A DNA stretch of 64,000 nt. It comes from Myxococcota bacterium. GTDB taxonomy: Bacteria > Myxococcota > XYA12-FULL-58-9 > JALHOP01. Of this stretch, positions 29,683-39,546 are shown piece after piece. Each line of letters starts with the position of its first letter. Within the stretch, counting starts at the first letter, position 1. Both the position numbers and the translations under genes were made by a program. The notes under the pieces were generated by a model that was given only the letters and a program-made list of their open reading frames with translations, did not search any database and was not told where the DNA came from. The stretch spans positions 4,925 through 68,924 of the forward strand of contig JBGGMJ010000022.1 of the NCBI GenBank assembly GCA_041288095.1, written 5' to 3'.

Positions 29683-30519
29683 ATGCGATGGCTCGGTCCC
29701 GTGGCGCTAGTCATGTCGTTCGCGAGCCCGGCCATGGCCGAGCCCCGGGGGCCGCCCACCAGCGTGGGTGACGCCATCATGCGGTCGCTCGGCGGTATCG
29801 AGGTCTCGCTATTGCGCGGCGGAGCGGATGTCGCTTCGGCAGTGCGCACGGAAGAGGGGAGCGAGCTTACGGTGGCGAGCGGCCGCGCGCGCCAGTCGGG
29901 TTATCGGATCTCGACCTACAGCTCGCCGGGCACGACCGGCTTTCGTCTGACGCCGAACTTCGGCTTTCTCGATCAGCGCATCGACATCAGCGATTTTCGC
30001 GAGGATCTGCCGCTCACCGGTAGCGGCAGCGGTACCGACATCGGAGTCACCTGCGCGACCGCCGAGACCGGCGAGCTCATCGATTGCAACGAGCCCAACA
30101 CCTACGCGTTGCGCATGCGCAGCGGCTTTCTCGGCGCCCGCGGCGGTCTCGACATCGTCGGTGGCCGCATCGGTTACGAGTGGTTTCTCTCCGCCGACGT
30201 CATCCTCAACGTCGTCGAGTATCGCTATGTCAACGCGCGCATCGGCCGCTATCGCACCAGCGGCGGTGAATTCGCGGCGCTACAATCCGGCGGTGTCGGT
30301 GTCGGCTTTGGCGTTCGCATTCCGCAGCTTCATGCCGCGACGCGCATCGCCTTCGAGTACATGGGCTATCGCGATTTCGATTATGCCGATCCGCTCGAGT
30401 TCAAGGGCCCGGTCGTTTTCAACGAGGAGAAGGACGTCTACGAGCGGCCGCGCGTCTTCGTGAGCGGCGCCTCACTCACCACCTGGAGCTTCATATGGGC
30501 GTTCGCCATTACGTATTAA
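29683..30519 (+). CDS. Secreted hypothetical protein (signal peptide; Gly/aromatic-rich, possible beta-barrel)
   Basis: N-terminal signal peptide (ALVMSFASPAMA). Alternating Gly/aromatic pattern. Ends with an aromatic residue. Confidence 0.55.
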   Translation: MRWLGPVALVMSFASPAMAEPRGPPTSVGDAIMRSLGGIEVSLLRGGADVASAVRTEEGSELTVASGRARQSGYRISTYSSPGTTGFRLTPNFGFLDQRIDISDFREDLPLTGSGSGTDIGVTCATAETGELIDCNEPNTYALRMRSGFLGARGGLDIVGGRIGYEWFLSADVILNVVEYRYVNARIGRYRTSGGEFAALQSGGVGVGFGVRIPQLHAATRIAFEYMGYRDFDYADPLEFKGPVVFNEEKDVYERPRVFVSGASLTTWSFIWAFAITY

Positions 30520-30905
30520 TAGCCGCGGTCGCCGTCGCGAGCTGTGCGGCCGACTTTGGGCCCCCGACGCCTGTCAACATCACCGTCCGCAATCGCAGTC
30601 AGTTCGAGCTGCTCGACTTGCGGTTCCATCCGAGCCCCGACTGGAGCGAGACCCCGAATCTGCTGCTAGCGCCGCTGGGCGTCGAGGAGGCGCTGCCCGT
30701 GGTTTTCGTCAACGGCGACTACGTCACCGCGATGCGCCGCAAGATCGAGGTCGGTGAGGTCATCGCCATCAGCAGCGCCGAGCCCTTGCCGGACATCGAA
30801 GAGGGCGACACGCTCATCGTCTTCGACATGTCGTTTCGCATCGAGGCCGCGCCCTACGTGCCGCCGGAGGATACCTCGACGACCACGCTGGGCTCGATGA
30901 GATAG
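30495..30905 (+). CDS. Small lipoprotein (hypothetical)
   Basis: Lipobox AVASCA after a hydrophobic leader. 136 aa. Confidence 0.5.
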   Translation: MGVRHYVLIAAVAVASCAADFGPPTPVNITVRNRSQFELLDLRFHPSPDWSETPNLLLAPLGVEEALPVVFVNGDYVTAMRRKIEVGEVIAISSAEPLPDIEEGDTLIVFDMSFRIEAAPYVPPEDTSTTTLGSMR

Positions 30906-31360
30906 CCGTCGTCGCGCGTCTGCAATAGCGGGCGGAGACCGAGGCGACGAAGCGTCGCCAGCGCGACATAGACTCGCGCGGCTCCCGATTCCGGCGTCGT
31001 GCGTTGTCCCGGCCAACCGGCGGCGAAGAGCTCGTTCAAGGTAGTGGCGCTGCCCGCCGCCCGCTGGTGCCGTTCGATGAGCGCCTTGAAGAGCAGGCGA
31101 AGCGGTCCACGGCGCTGCAGCGATACACGTACCTCGCCTTCGAGCTCGAACCAGCGCAGGTCCGCGTCGATCTTGAGGCGCTTCGATTTCGCGACGCCCT
31201 CCGAGGCGAGGAGCGTCTCGAGAGTGTCGACGGCTCGGCGCAGTCGCAGGCGATCGTCTTTGGAGAGAGCGCTGCGTTGCTCGGCGATCGCCTCGACCAT
31301 CGCGAGAGCGTGGTCCAACCGGGAAACAGGCGTGTGCGCTACCGGTCCATCGTCCGGCAT
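30854..31360 (-). CDS. Hypothetical protein (168 aa)
   Basis: Balanced, non-Arg-shadow composition. Divergent from the Pro-rich ORF. Confidence 0.4.
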   Translation of the reverse strand: MPDDGPVAHTPVSRLDHALAMVEAIAEQRSALSKDDRLRLRRAVDTLETLLASEGVAKSKRLKIDADLRWFELEGEVRVSLQRRGPLRLLFKALIERHQRAAGSATTLNELFAAGWPGQRTTPESGAARVYVALATLRRLGLRPLLQTRDDGYLIEPSVVVEVSSGGT

Positions 31361-31613
31361 GGCTTGGCTCCTTCGTTGGCTGGAGTGCCTCGTCGGCGGC
31401 CTCGCGGGAGGGCCGATCGGTGCCAGCTGCGTCAGCGACGGGTGTTACCAAGGGAACGTTCGGCGGGGGTTTTCGGATCTATGCCCTTCCATGAGCCCCG
31501 AACGCCCCGAATGCCGGCGTGTCAGGCACTACCTCACAACGAATCGGCGCGCACCGCGATGATGGTCGATGCGCCTCTCTCAGGCGCACCAATCCTACAT
31601 TCCGGAGATTTCC

Positions 31614-32021
31614 ATGGCGCTGCCTGAAACCCAGCCGTTGCGTGCGGGTGTTTCTTCCTCGGGGGCCCTGCAGGGTCCTTCCACTCCCGCGACCCGCTCG
31701 TCGGTTGCGCTCGATCTCTCGGCTGGCTTCACCACGGGTGAGCACGGGAGCGCGCGCCTGTTGCTCCGCGACCGCGACTGGGACCGTCACCGTCACTATG
31801 ATCGCAACGATCGCTGGCCGGGCCCGCACCGTCCCGGTCCTTATCGCCCGTATCCGCCGCCATACTATCCGCCGCGTCCCTATCCGGTTCCGATCCCGAT
31901 CCCCGGCTACCCCTCGCCGCTGCCGGGCCCGCTCCCGGGCGAGCGCGCCTGCTATCCCTGGGAAGCCGGGAGCTGGGGCTCGCGCCAAGACGTGTTCGGC
32001 CGCTGGTGGTGCCGCTGGTAG
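31614..32021 (+). CDS. Pro/Tyr/Arg-rich small protein with Trp/Cys-rich C-terminus (hypothetical)
   Basis: GGAGA 5 nt upstream of ATG. Composition is highly biased (PGPYRPYPPPYYPPRPYPVPIPIPGYP ... CYPWEAGSWGSRQDVFGRWWCRW). Confidence 0.35.
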   Translation: MALPETQPLRAGVSSSGALQGPSTPATRSSVALDLSAGFTTGEHGSARLLLRDRDWDRHRHYDRNDRWPGPHRPGPYRPYPPPYYPPRPYPVPIPIPGYPSPLPGPLPGERACYPWEAGSWGSRQDVFGRWWCRW

Positions 32022-32058
32022 CAGCGGGTCTCTCGCTCGCCGCGAGGTTTCCTCGCGG

Positions 32059-32502
32059 CTACGAGTGATCGTCCTCGGCCTGCGGCATGCCGGGGATCTG
32101 CGCCAGCTCATGGGCGCGGTCCGCCGCCGCCTTCTTGCGCATCACCGTGAGGAACTCGCGGATGTAGCGCTCGATCGCCTTCTTGTCCTTGCGCGTGATC
32201 TTCACGAACTCGAGACCCATGCCCTGAGCGAAGGAGCTGCTGTCGTCGCTCTTGGCGGTCGACCAGCGCACGATGCACGTCGCGGTGATCGGTGTTTTTT
32301 GCTCGGGCAGGGTGAACGAGACGTCGAACTCCGAGCCGCGCGGCATGGGGTTCGGCGTCGCGATGAACACGCCGTTGTTCGAGATGTTGGTGATGCGGCT
32401 CTTCAGGAGCACGTCGCGGCCCGGGTAGTCCGGCGCGATGAATACGCGCGACGGGACCCGGAAGTACCGCGACAGCACCGCGATGGGGATCTCGCCTTTC
32501 AC
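32059..32502 (-). CDS. PilZ-domain protein (c-di-GMP binding)
   Basis: RxxxR (RVPSR) and N-x-S-x-x-G (NISNNG) motifs, ~147 aa. Confidence 0.8.
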   Translation of the reverse strand: MKGEIPIAVLSRYFRVPSRVFIAPDYPGRDVLLKSRITNISNNGVFIATPNPMPRGSEFDVSFTLPEQKTPITATCIVRWSTAKSDDSSSFAQGMGLEFVKITRKDKKAIERYIREFLTVMRKKAAADRAHELAQIPGMPQAEDDHS

Positions 32503-32522
32503 GCTTGGGGATCCTAACCGAA

Positions 32523-35141
32523 TCAGGCGCTGCGCGCAGCACCCTCGTGTTTGGTGAAGTCACGCAGTAACCAGGCACGCAGGCCGTTGGCCTCCCGGGT
32601 CGAGAGCTCGGCCTTGAGCCGCATGGCCTCCAGGGCCTTCTGGAGGGCGCGCTTGGCCTCTTCGACGGGGTGCTTGGTGAAGAAGGCGTCGACGTCTTCC
32701 TCGAGATCGGCCGGCAGCGACCCTGTGGACTCGACCAAGCGCGCCACCCCCATCGACCCCACACGTGGGCCAATGGCCGACCAGTGCTTCTTCAGGAACT
32801 CCCAGGCGCCGCGCTGGGTCGCCTTGCGAGAGAGCATCGGGGCGATGACCACGCGGAGCTGCTCTTGCGGCACGGTTTCGTCGAGGCACATGGCGAGGAC
32901 GCGGGCATTGGCCTTCTTGTCCTCGAAAGCGGACAGAGCGCCGAGGTAGCGTGCCTGCAGGTCGGGCGTGCTGCGGGCTTCCTTGCGCGCGAGATAGACG
33001 CGTACGTAGCTGTCGAGCAGGGCGTTGTCGCCTTTGACGGCCCCCAGCGCGACCAGTGTCCCGGCGAGGTTCGGATCGACGGCGGTCGGATCCTCCATTT
33101 CGCGCGCGACGAGCCGAGCCGCCTCGGCGAGCACCTTCGGGTCACGCCCGAGCTCACCCAGCGCGTAGACGATCGAGGCGCGACGTACGCCCTGTGCCTC
33201 GGGCTCGCCGTGGCGCGTCTCCATGCCCAGCGATTCGAGCTGCGGTGAGAAGAACCAGCGAACGAGCTCGGCGAAGCGCGCTTCCTCCGCCGGTCCGACG
33301 AGGTAGCTGTGAATCGAGCTCAAGGCCTTGGTCATCGAGCGCGTGACGATGTGATCGTTGTCGCCGCGGAAGGCCGAGAGCACGTCGAGGAAGGCGCCGA
33401 CGTCACTTTCGCCATTGCGTACCAAGGCCCACTGATCCTCGATGAGCGTCATGCGCTCCGAGGGGGCAAGGTCCGCCACCGCGGTCAGTAGCCGTGCCCG
33501 CATTAGGGCATCCATCTGCACGCGATAGAAACCACCCGCCGAGGCGTTGGCGTGCACCCAGCGCACGCCCGCTGGGAGGTCGACGGTCTCCTCCGTGTTT
33601 CGCATCAAGTGGCGGTGCGTCTGGATCCCGTTTGGTCCGCTGTAGCGGATGACGATGGGAATGGTCCAGACCTGCGCCGTCCCCTTCTTCATCATGCCGG
33701 CGTCGGAGAAGAAGCGGCGCTGCTTCAAGGTGAGCGTCGTCTTGCCGCCGCTGTCCGCCATGCCGGGCGCGGCGCTCACTGTCACCAGCGGAAAGCCTTC
33801 TTGCTCGACCCAGCTACGCATGAGCTCGCCGACCGGCTCACCCGACGCGTCCGCAAGGCAGCGCCACAAGTCCGCGCCAGCAGCGTTCTTGTTCTTGAAC
33901 TCGGTCTGGTAGGCCTTGATGCCTTTCTGGAACACGGCGTCGCCCAGGTAGGCCTCGCACATGCGCAGCACGGCGCAGCCCTTCTCGTAGGTAATCACAT
34001 CGAAGAGCTCGGTCGCCTCGGCCGGCGTCTTCACCGGCGTGTACACCGGGTGCGTATTCACCAGCGCGTCGGCGGCGAGAGCGCTCTCCTTGGACTCGAG
34101 GTAGTCGTCCCACATGCGCCAGGTGGGCTGCCAGACGTCGACGGCCTTGTAGGCGATCCAGGTGGCGAAGGCCTCGTTGAGCCAGAGGTCGTCCCACCAC
34201 TTCATGGTGACCAGGTTTCCGAACCACTGGTGCGCGAGCTCGTGCGCGATGACCTCCGCAATCCGTTTTTGCGACGTCCACGAGGTGGCGCCCGGCTGCA
34301 TCAGGAGAAGATTCTGGCGGTAGAAGATGGCGCCGACGTTCTCCATGGCACCGGCGTCGAAGCCCGGAACCGCCACCTGATCGAGCTTCTGGTAGTTGTA
34401 CTTCTGTCCGAAGTACTTCTCGTACCAAGGGAGCACCTGGGCGGTGACGTCCTGCGCGAAGTCGGTGAGCTTGCCTTTGCCGGGACCGGCCCAAGCTCGG
34501 CACGGGATCTTGGCGACGATGCGTTTCTTCGAAGCCTCGAGCTTGCCGATGGTGACCGCCACCAAATAGCTCGAGATGATGCGCGTCGCGCCGAAGGCGT
34601 GGGTCTCGGCCGGCTTGCCGCTTACGCGGACTTTCTTCACGCCCTTGGGTACGCCGTTGGTGATCACCGTCAGGCCGGCGTCGGTGGTCACAGTCCATTG
34701 GAACGTGGCTTTGTGCTCCGGCTCGTCGAAGCAAGGAAAGATGCCGCGCGCGTCGGTCGCTTCGCATTGTGAGACGATGGCGCGTTCGTCACCGTCCTTG
34801 GCCAGGTAGAGGCCGTGCATGCTGGGGTTGAGCTTGCCCTTGAAGCTCGTGGTGATCTCGAACGCGCCCTTCGGCAGCTCTTTGGGGAAGCGCAGCTCGA
34901 CCGTCTCGCGGTCTTTGCGGAGCTTTGCCTTACCTTTGATCTTCTTCTTGCCGACGATGGCGACGACGTCACCGACCGTGAGGTCGCGGGCGTGCAGCTC
35001 GACCACCTCCGAAGCGACCCGGCTCTTCAAGCTGATGCGCACGGTGCCGGAGAAGGTCATCTTCTTCGGGGTGGCGAAGAGGTGGATGGCGTAGGCGCGT
35101 GGCGTGATATCCTTCGAAAGCCGATAGTCCGTGGTCGTCAT
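32523..35141 (-). CDS. pepN: M1-family aminopeptidase N
   Basis: GAMEN exopeptidase motif, zinc motif HELAHQWFGNLVT...(18)...E, ERAP1-like C-terminal domain. ATG at codon 66 of the listed ORF (MTTTDYRL...). Confidence 0.9.
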   Translation of the reverse strand: MTTTDYRLSKDITPRAYAIHLFATPKKMTFSGTVRISLKSRVASEVVELHARDLTVGDVVAIVGKKKIKGKAKLRKDRETVELRFPKELPKGAFEITTSFKGKLNPSMHGLYLAKDGDERAIVSQCEATDARGIFPCFDEPEHKATFQWTVTTDAGLTVITNGVPKGVKKVRVSGKPAETHAFGATRIISSYLVAVTIGKLEASKKRIVAKIPCRAWAGPGKGKLTDFAQDVTAQVLPWYEKYFGQKYNYQKLDQVAVPGFDAGAMENVGAIFYRQNLLLMQPGATSWTSQKRIAEVIAHELAHQWFGNLVTMKWWDDLWLNEAFATWIAYKAVDVWQPTWRMWDDYLESKESALAADALVNTHPVYTPVKTPAEATELFDVITYEKGCAVLRMCEAYLGDAVFQKGIKAYQTEFKNKNAAGADLWRCLADASGEPVGELMRSWVEQEGFPLVTVSAAPGMADSGGKTTLTLKQRRFFSDAGMMKKGTAQVWTIPIVIRYSGPNGIQTHRHLMRNTEETVDLPAGVRWVHANASAGGFYRVQMDALMRARLLTAVADLAPSERMTLIEDQWALVRNGESDVGAFLDVLSAFRGDNDHIVTRSMTKALSSIHSYLVGPAEEARFAELVRWFFSPQLESLGMETRHGEPEAQGVRRASIVYALGELGRDPKVLAEAARLVAREMEDPTAVDPNLAGTLVALGAVKGDNALLDSYVRVYLARKEARSTPDLQARYLGALSAFEDKKANARVLAMCLDETVPQEQLRVVIAPMLSRKATQRGAWEFLKKHWSAIGPRVGSMGVARLVESTGSLPADLEEDVDAFFTKHPVEEAKRALQKALEAMRLKAELSTREANGLRAWLLRDFTKHEGAARSA

Positions 35142-35164
35142 GCGGACATGAGGCTTAGCTGCGA

Positions 35165-35881
35165 ATGATCGGTTCACGCAACGCCATACTCTTCGACACA
35201 CTCGGCGGCGCGTATACCGCCCTGACCGAGCACGCCCTTTGGGCGAAGCAAAACCAGGAGCTCGCCAAGCACTGGGGTGAGCTCGGGCCGTCGGCGACGG
35301 TTCTGGAGCTCGGGCCGGGCACCGGCATCGGGACATTGGCTCTCGAGAAGCACCTGCCTCCCGGCGCGCGTATCATCGGTGTCGACATCGTTCCGGCCAT
35401 GGTGGCGCGGGCCAAAAGGCGCCTCGAGAGGGCGGACCTGCCGGCGACGCGCGTCGAATTCCGCGTTGGTGACGCGACGGCGCTGTCCGAAGTCGCGAGC
35501 AACTCCGTGCACGCGGTCGTCGCCAACAGCTTTCTCTACCTCGTGCCGGAGCCCGCGAAGGTGCTCGCCGAGATCCACCGCGTCCTCGCTCCCGGCGGCC
35601 GCGTGGTCTTCATGGAGCCTTGCGCCGAGGTCGATTGGCTCGCCACCGTGCGCTGTGGGGTGAGTCACGCCGGCGTCGTGGTGCGCGATCCGGTGGCTTC
35701 GGGGCAGCTGCTTGCGGCGATGACGGCCTGGTTCGTGGCGGGTTCGTTCGTTGGTCGGCGTAGCCGGGGCGAGCTCACGCAGCTGTTTCGCGACGCTGGT
35801 TTCGACAAGGTCGAATTCAAGCTGACGCTCTCGGGGTTGGGGCAACACGTCATCGCCCAACGATCGTCCTCGGACTGTTGA
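35165..35881 (+). CDS. Class I SAM-dependent methyltransferase
   Basis: Motif I (VLELGPGTGIGT), motif post-I (IIGVDI). UbiE/COQ5-like. Confidence 0.8.
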   Translation: MIGSRNAILFDTLGGAYTALTEHALWAKQNQELAKHWGELGPSATVLELGPGTGIGTLALEKHLPPGARIIGVDIVPAMVARAKRRLERADLPATRVEFRVGDATALSEVASNSVHAVVANSFLYLVPEPAKVLAEIHRVLAPGGRVVFMEPCAEVDWLATVRCGVSHAGVVVRDPVASGQLLAAMTAWFVAGSFVGRRSRGELTQLFRDAGFDKVEFKLTLSGLGQHVIAQRSSSDC

Positions 35882-35914
35882 CTCTTCCGCCTCGCAGGCG
35901 CTCTTAGAACCGGC

Positions 35915-37741
35915 ATGAGCAGTACCCCGCCGAGCGCGATGGCCCGTTTGTGGCGCGTGGCTCGGGCACATACGCGGCGATGGGCTTGGGGCTTCTTCCT
36001 GCTGCTCCTGACCAATGCCTCGGCGATGGTCATCCCGCAGCTCGTGCGCCGCGCCATCGATGACATCAACGCGTCGTCCGCCGGTCATATCGACGCCGCG
36101 AGCTTGCGCAACCTCGCGATCCTCATGGTGGCGATAGCGCTCGCCGGCGCCGTGGTGCGGAGCCTGTCGCGCATCCACATCTTCTACGCGGCTCGCGACG
36201 TCGAGATGGATCTGCGCAACCAGTTCTACGCGCACCTCACGCACATGCCTGCGTCCTTTTTCCAGCGCCATCCCACGGGCGACCTGATGAGTCGCGCCAC
36301 CAACGACCTCACCCAGGTGCGGCTCTACTTGGGGCCGGGGCTGCTCAATATGGTGAACACCGCTATCGCGTACGCGTCGGCGCTGCCGCTGCTCTTCGCC
36401 CTGTCGCCGAAGCTCACCGCCATCACACTCGCGGTCTATCCGCCCTCGTTCTTCGCGGTGCAGCGGGTGTCGCGCTGGCTCTATCAGCAGAACCTCGCGC
36501 AGCAAGCGCAGATGGGCAAGGTCTCGAACTTCGTCCAGGAGAGCCTCGCGGGCGCGCACGTGACGCGCGCTTTCGGGCGCGAGCAACATCAGGCGCAGCG
36601 CTTCGAGGAGCTCAATGGCGGGCTCTATGCCATCAACGCCAAGCTCACCAAGGTGCGCGCCGTGCTCTTCCGTCTGGTGACGGCGCTGGGCTCGTTCGGC
36701 GTCTTGCTGGCCGTGATGGTCGGGGCGCGCGACGTCTTGGCTGGTGAGCTGACGGCGGGCGAGCTGGTCGCCGCGGTCGAATACATGGCGCTGCTCTCGT
36801 GGCCGACCTTCGCGTTGGGTTGGGTGCTGTCGATGATCCAGCGGGGCCGCTCGTCGATGGAGCGTATCGACGGCATCCTGCGCGAAGAGCCTACCATCCG
36901 CTCCGGCGGACTCGCACCCGAGGTCATCGAGCCTACGGTCGAGACCCGTGGCCTCACCATCACGCTGGGCGAGCGGCGCGCGCTCGACGCTGTTTCGGTG
37001 AACGTCGCCGCCGGCAAGACGCTCGGCGTGGTTGGCCCGATCGGCAGCGGCAAGACCACGTGGGTGCGCGGCCTCTTGCGCCTCACCGAGGTCGAGCGAG
37101 GACAGGTCTTCGTGGGCGGCCACGACGTCGTCGACCTCGATCTTGGCGCGCTGCGCCGCATGTTCGGTTACGTCTCGCAGACGCACACGCTCTTCTCGAA
37201 GACTCTCGCCGAGAACGTCGCCTTCGGTGACACCGAGGCCTCCTTGGAGCGCATCATGCGCGCCCTCACCGAGGCCTCGTTCGAGCGCGACCTCGCCGCT
37301 TTACCGCAGGGCCTCGACACTCCGGTCGGGGAGCGCGGCATCATGCTCTCGGGCGGGCAGAAGCAACGGGCCTCCATCGCCAGGGCCTTGCTCATCGACC
37401 CGCCGATCCTGGTGTTGGACGATGCATTGTCGAGCGTCGACACCGAGACCGAACAGCGCATCGTGGGACACCTGCGTCGGGTCCGCGCCGCGCGTACGAC
37501 CATCATCGTCGCCCATCGTGTCACCGCGGTGCAGCACGCCGACGAGATCATCGTCCTCGACGCCGGCAAGGTCATCGAGCGCGGAACCCACAAGACCCTG
37601 CGCGCCCAGAACGGCGTCTACGCCCGCATGGCGCGTCGCCAGGAGCTCGAGCGCGCCGTCGAGGAGGCGAGCCTCGCCGCCGACAACAAGGTGTCTTCGA
37701 TCGCGGATATCGAGGCTCGTGTCTCCGGAGGCGCGCGATGA
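35915..37741 (+). CDS. ABC exporter, fused permease/ATPase (heterodimer half)
   Basis: 6-TM ABC_membrane domain. Walker A GPIGSGKTT, signature LSGGQKQRASIARAL, Walker B ILVLDDALS. Confidence 0.9.
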   Translation: MSSTPPSAMARLWRVARAHTRRWAWGFFLLLLTNASAMVIPQLVRRAIDDINASSAGHIDAASLRNLAILMVAIALAGAVVRSLSRIHIFYAARDVEMDLRNQFYAHLTHMPASFFQRHPTGDLMSRATNDLTQVRLYLGPGLLNMVNTAIAYASALPLLFALSPKLTAITLAVYPPSFFAVQRVSRWLYQQNLAQQAQMGKVSNFVQESLAGAHVTRAFGREQHQAQRFEELNGGLYAINAKLTKVRAVLFRLVTALGSFGVLLAVMVGARDVLAGELTAGELVAAVEYMALLSWPTFALGWVLSMIQRGRSSMERIDGILREEPTIRSGGLAPEVIEPTVETRGLTITLGERRALDAVSVNVAAGKTLGVVGPIGSGKTTWVRGLLRLTEVERGQVFVGGHDVVDLDLGALRRMFGYVSQTHTLFSKTLAENVAFGDTEASLERIMRALTEASFERDLAALPQGLDTPVGERGIMLSGGQKQRASIARALLIDPPILVLDDALSSVDTETEQRIVGHLRRVRAARTTIIVAHRVTAVQHADEIIVLDAGKVIERGTHKTLRAQNGVYARMARRQELERAVEEASLAADNKVSSIADIEARVSGGAR

Positions 37742-39522
37742 CGTCGATGGCGCTCGAAGGAAACGTCAAAGGCCAGGCCGATTGGAAGATGCTCAAACGC
37801 TTGCTCGTGCACGTCATGCGCGACAAGCGGCTCTTGCTCTTCGCGCTGATCGCCTATCCGCTCGATGCGTTGGCGGCCATTCTGCCACCGTTCCTGGTTC
37901 GCCAGATCCTCGATGTGGCAATCCCAAAGCACGACGCCGACCTACTCATGTGGTTCTGCGGCGCCTACCTCGCGACGCTCTTCCTCGAATACGGCGCCGG
38001 CTTCGCCTCGCTCTACGCCATGGGCATCCTCGGGCAGCGCGGCATGCGGTCGTTGCGGAGTGAGCTCTTCACCCACGTCCAGCGCCTGCCGGCGTCATTC
38101 TTCGACCGTAATCCGATCGGGAGGACGCTCACGCGGCTCACCAACGACGTCGAGTCGCTCTCCGACGTCTTCGCCACAGGCGCCATCACCATCATCGCGG
38201 ACGTGCTCACCATCTGCGCCGTGGTCGGCATGATGTTGTGGCTCGATGTGCGACTCACCTTGCTCGCGTTCCTCGTGGTGCCGCCGTTGGTGCTCATGGC
38301 CGGCATCATGCAGCGCTATGCGCGCGTTTCGTTTCGCGAGGTTCGCAAGCACATCGCCCGCATCAATGCCTATCTCGCCGAGCACATCGCGGGGATGGGG
38401 GTCGTGCAAACCTTCCGTCAGGAGGCCCGCACCGCCAAGGAGTTCGAAGGCCTGTCGTCGGAGTTCCGCGACGCGAACCGTGACGCCATCTTCTACGACG
38501 CGGTTCTGTTCGCCGCGGTCGAGGCCATCGGCACCGCGGCCGTCGCCGTCCTCATCTGGTTCGGCGCCCTCGACATGACCACCGGTATCGTCGGCGCCGG
38601 TACGCTGGTCGCGTTCGTCCAGTACATCCGACGCTTTTTCGTGCCGATCCGCGACCTCTCCACCAAGTACACGGTGCTACAGAGCGCGTTCGCTTCAGCG
38701 GAGCGCGTCTTCCAGCTCCTCGACGAGCGCGTCACCATCGTCAGCGAGACCGACGCCAAGCCGATGGCGAAGCTCAGCCGCGAGGTTGCGCTCGAAGACG
38801 TCTGGTTCGCTTATCGCGAGCCCGAGCAAGACAACGACTGGGTGCTGCGTGGCGTGAGTCTGCATGTGAAGAAGGGCGAGCGCGTCGCCTTGGTCGGCGC
38901 CACCGGCTGCGGCAAGACCACGATCTTGAAGCTCATGACCCGCTTCTACGAGCCGCAGAAGGGCCGGGTCACCGTGGACGGAGTCGACATTCGCGAGCTC
39001 GAGCTCACCTCGCTGCGCCGCGCGTTCGCGGTGGTGCTGCAAGACGTGCACCTCTTCTCCGGCACGGTGATGGAGAACCTGTCCTTTGGAGCGGACGCCA
39101 CCCCCGAGCAGGTGCATGCCGCGGCCAAGCTCGTGCAAGCCGACGAGTTCGTCCGCAAGCTCGGGCAAGGTTACGACACCCAGGTCGCCGAGTGGGGCTC
39201 GAACTTCTCGGCAGGCGAGCGCCAGCTCCTGGCGTTTGCGCGCGCCATGGTGGCAAACCCGCAGGTGCTGGTCCTCGACGAGGCGACCAGCAACGTCGAC
39301 ACCGAGACCGAGGCACGCATCGACCACGCGCTCGACGTGCTGCTCGCGGACCGGACCGCCATCATCGTGGCGCATCGTCTCTCCACTGTGCGTAAGGTCG
39401 ACCGCATCGTCGTCCTGCAGCGCGGGCAGATCGTCGAGGAGGGTAACCACGCCGAGCTCATGCGCAGGGATGGTCTCTACAAGCGCTTGGTCGAGCTGCA
39501 ATTCGCCGATCAGGCTGGGTGA
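37738..39522 (+). CDS. ABC exporter, fused permease/ATPase (heterodimer partner)
   Basis: Overlaps the upstream stop (ATGA). Walker A GATGCGKTT, signature FSAGERQLLAFARAM, Walker B VLVLDEATS. Confidence 0.9.
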   Translation: MTSMALEGNVKGQADWKMLKRLLVHVMRDKRLLLFALIAYPLDALAAILPPFLVRQILDVAIPKHDADLLMWFCGAYLATLFLEYGAGFASLYAMGILGQRGMRSLRSELFTHVQRLPASFFDRNPIGRTLTRLTNDVESLSDVFATGAITIIADVLTICAVVGMMLWLDVRLTLLAFLVVPPLVLMAGIMQRYARVSFREVRKHIARINAYLAEHIAGMGVVQTFRQEARTAKEFEGLSSEFRDANRDAIFYDAVLFAAVEAIGTAAVAVLIWFGALDMTTGIVGAGTLVAFVQYIRRFFVPIRDLSTKYTVLQSAFASAERVFQLLDERVTIVSETDAKPMAKLSREVALEDVWFAYREPEQDNDWVLRGVSLHVKKGERVALVGATGCGKTTILKLMTRFYEPQKGRVTVDGVDIRELELTSLRRAFAVVLQDVHLFSGTVMENLSFGADATPEQVHAAAKLVQADEFVRKLGQGYDTQVAEWGSNFSAGERQLLAFARAMVANPQVLVLDEATSNVDTETEARIDHALDVLLADRTAIIVAHRLSTVRKVDRIVVLQRGQIVEEGNHAELMRRDGLYKRLVELQFADQAG

Positions 39523-39546
39523 CAGTCGCGCTGACCACCAGCCGTC

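Noticed and set aside
35174-37186. 670-aa minus-strand ORF
   Set aside because: Antisense to the methyltransferase and ABC exporter genes, with Arg/His/Asp-rich composition and no motifs.
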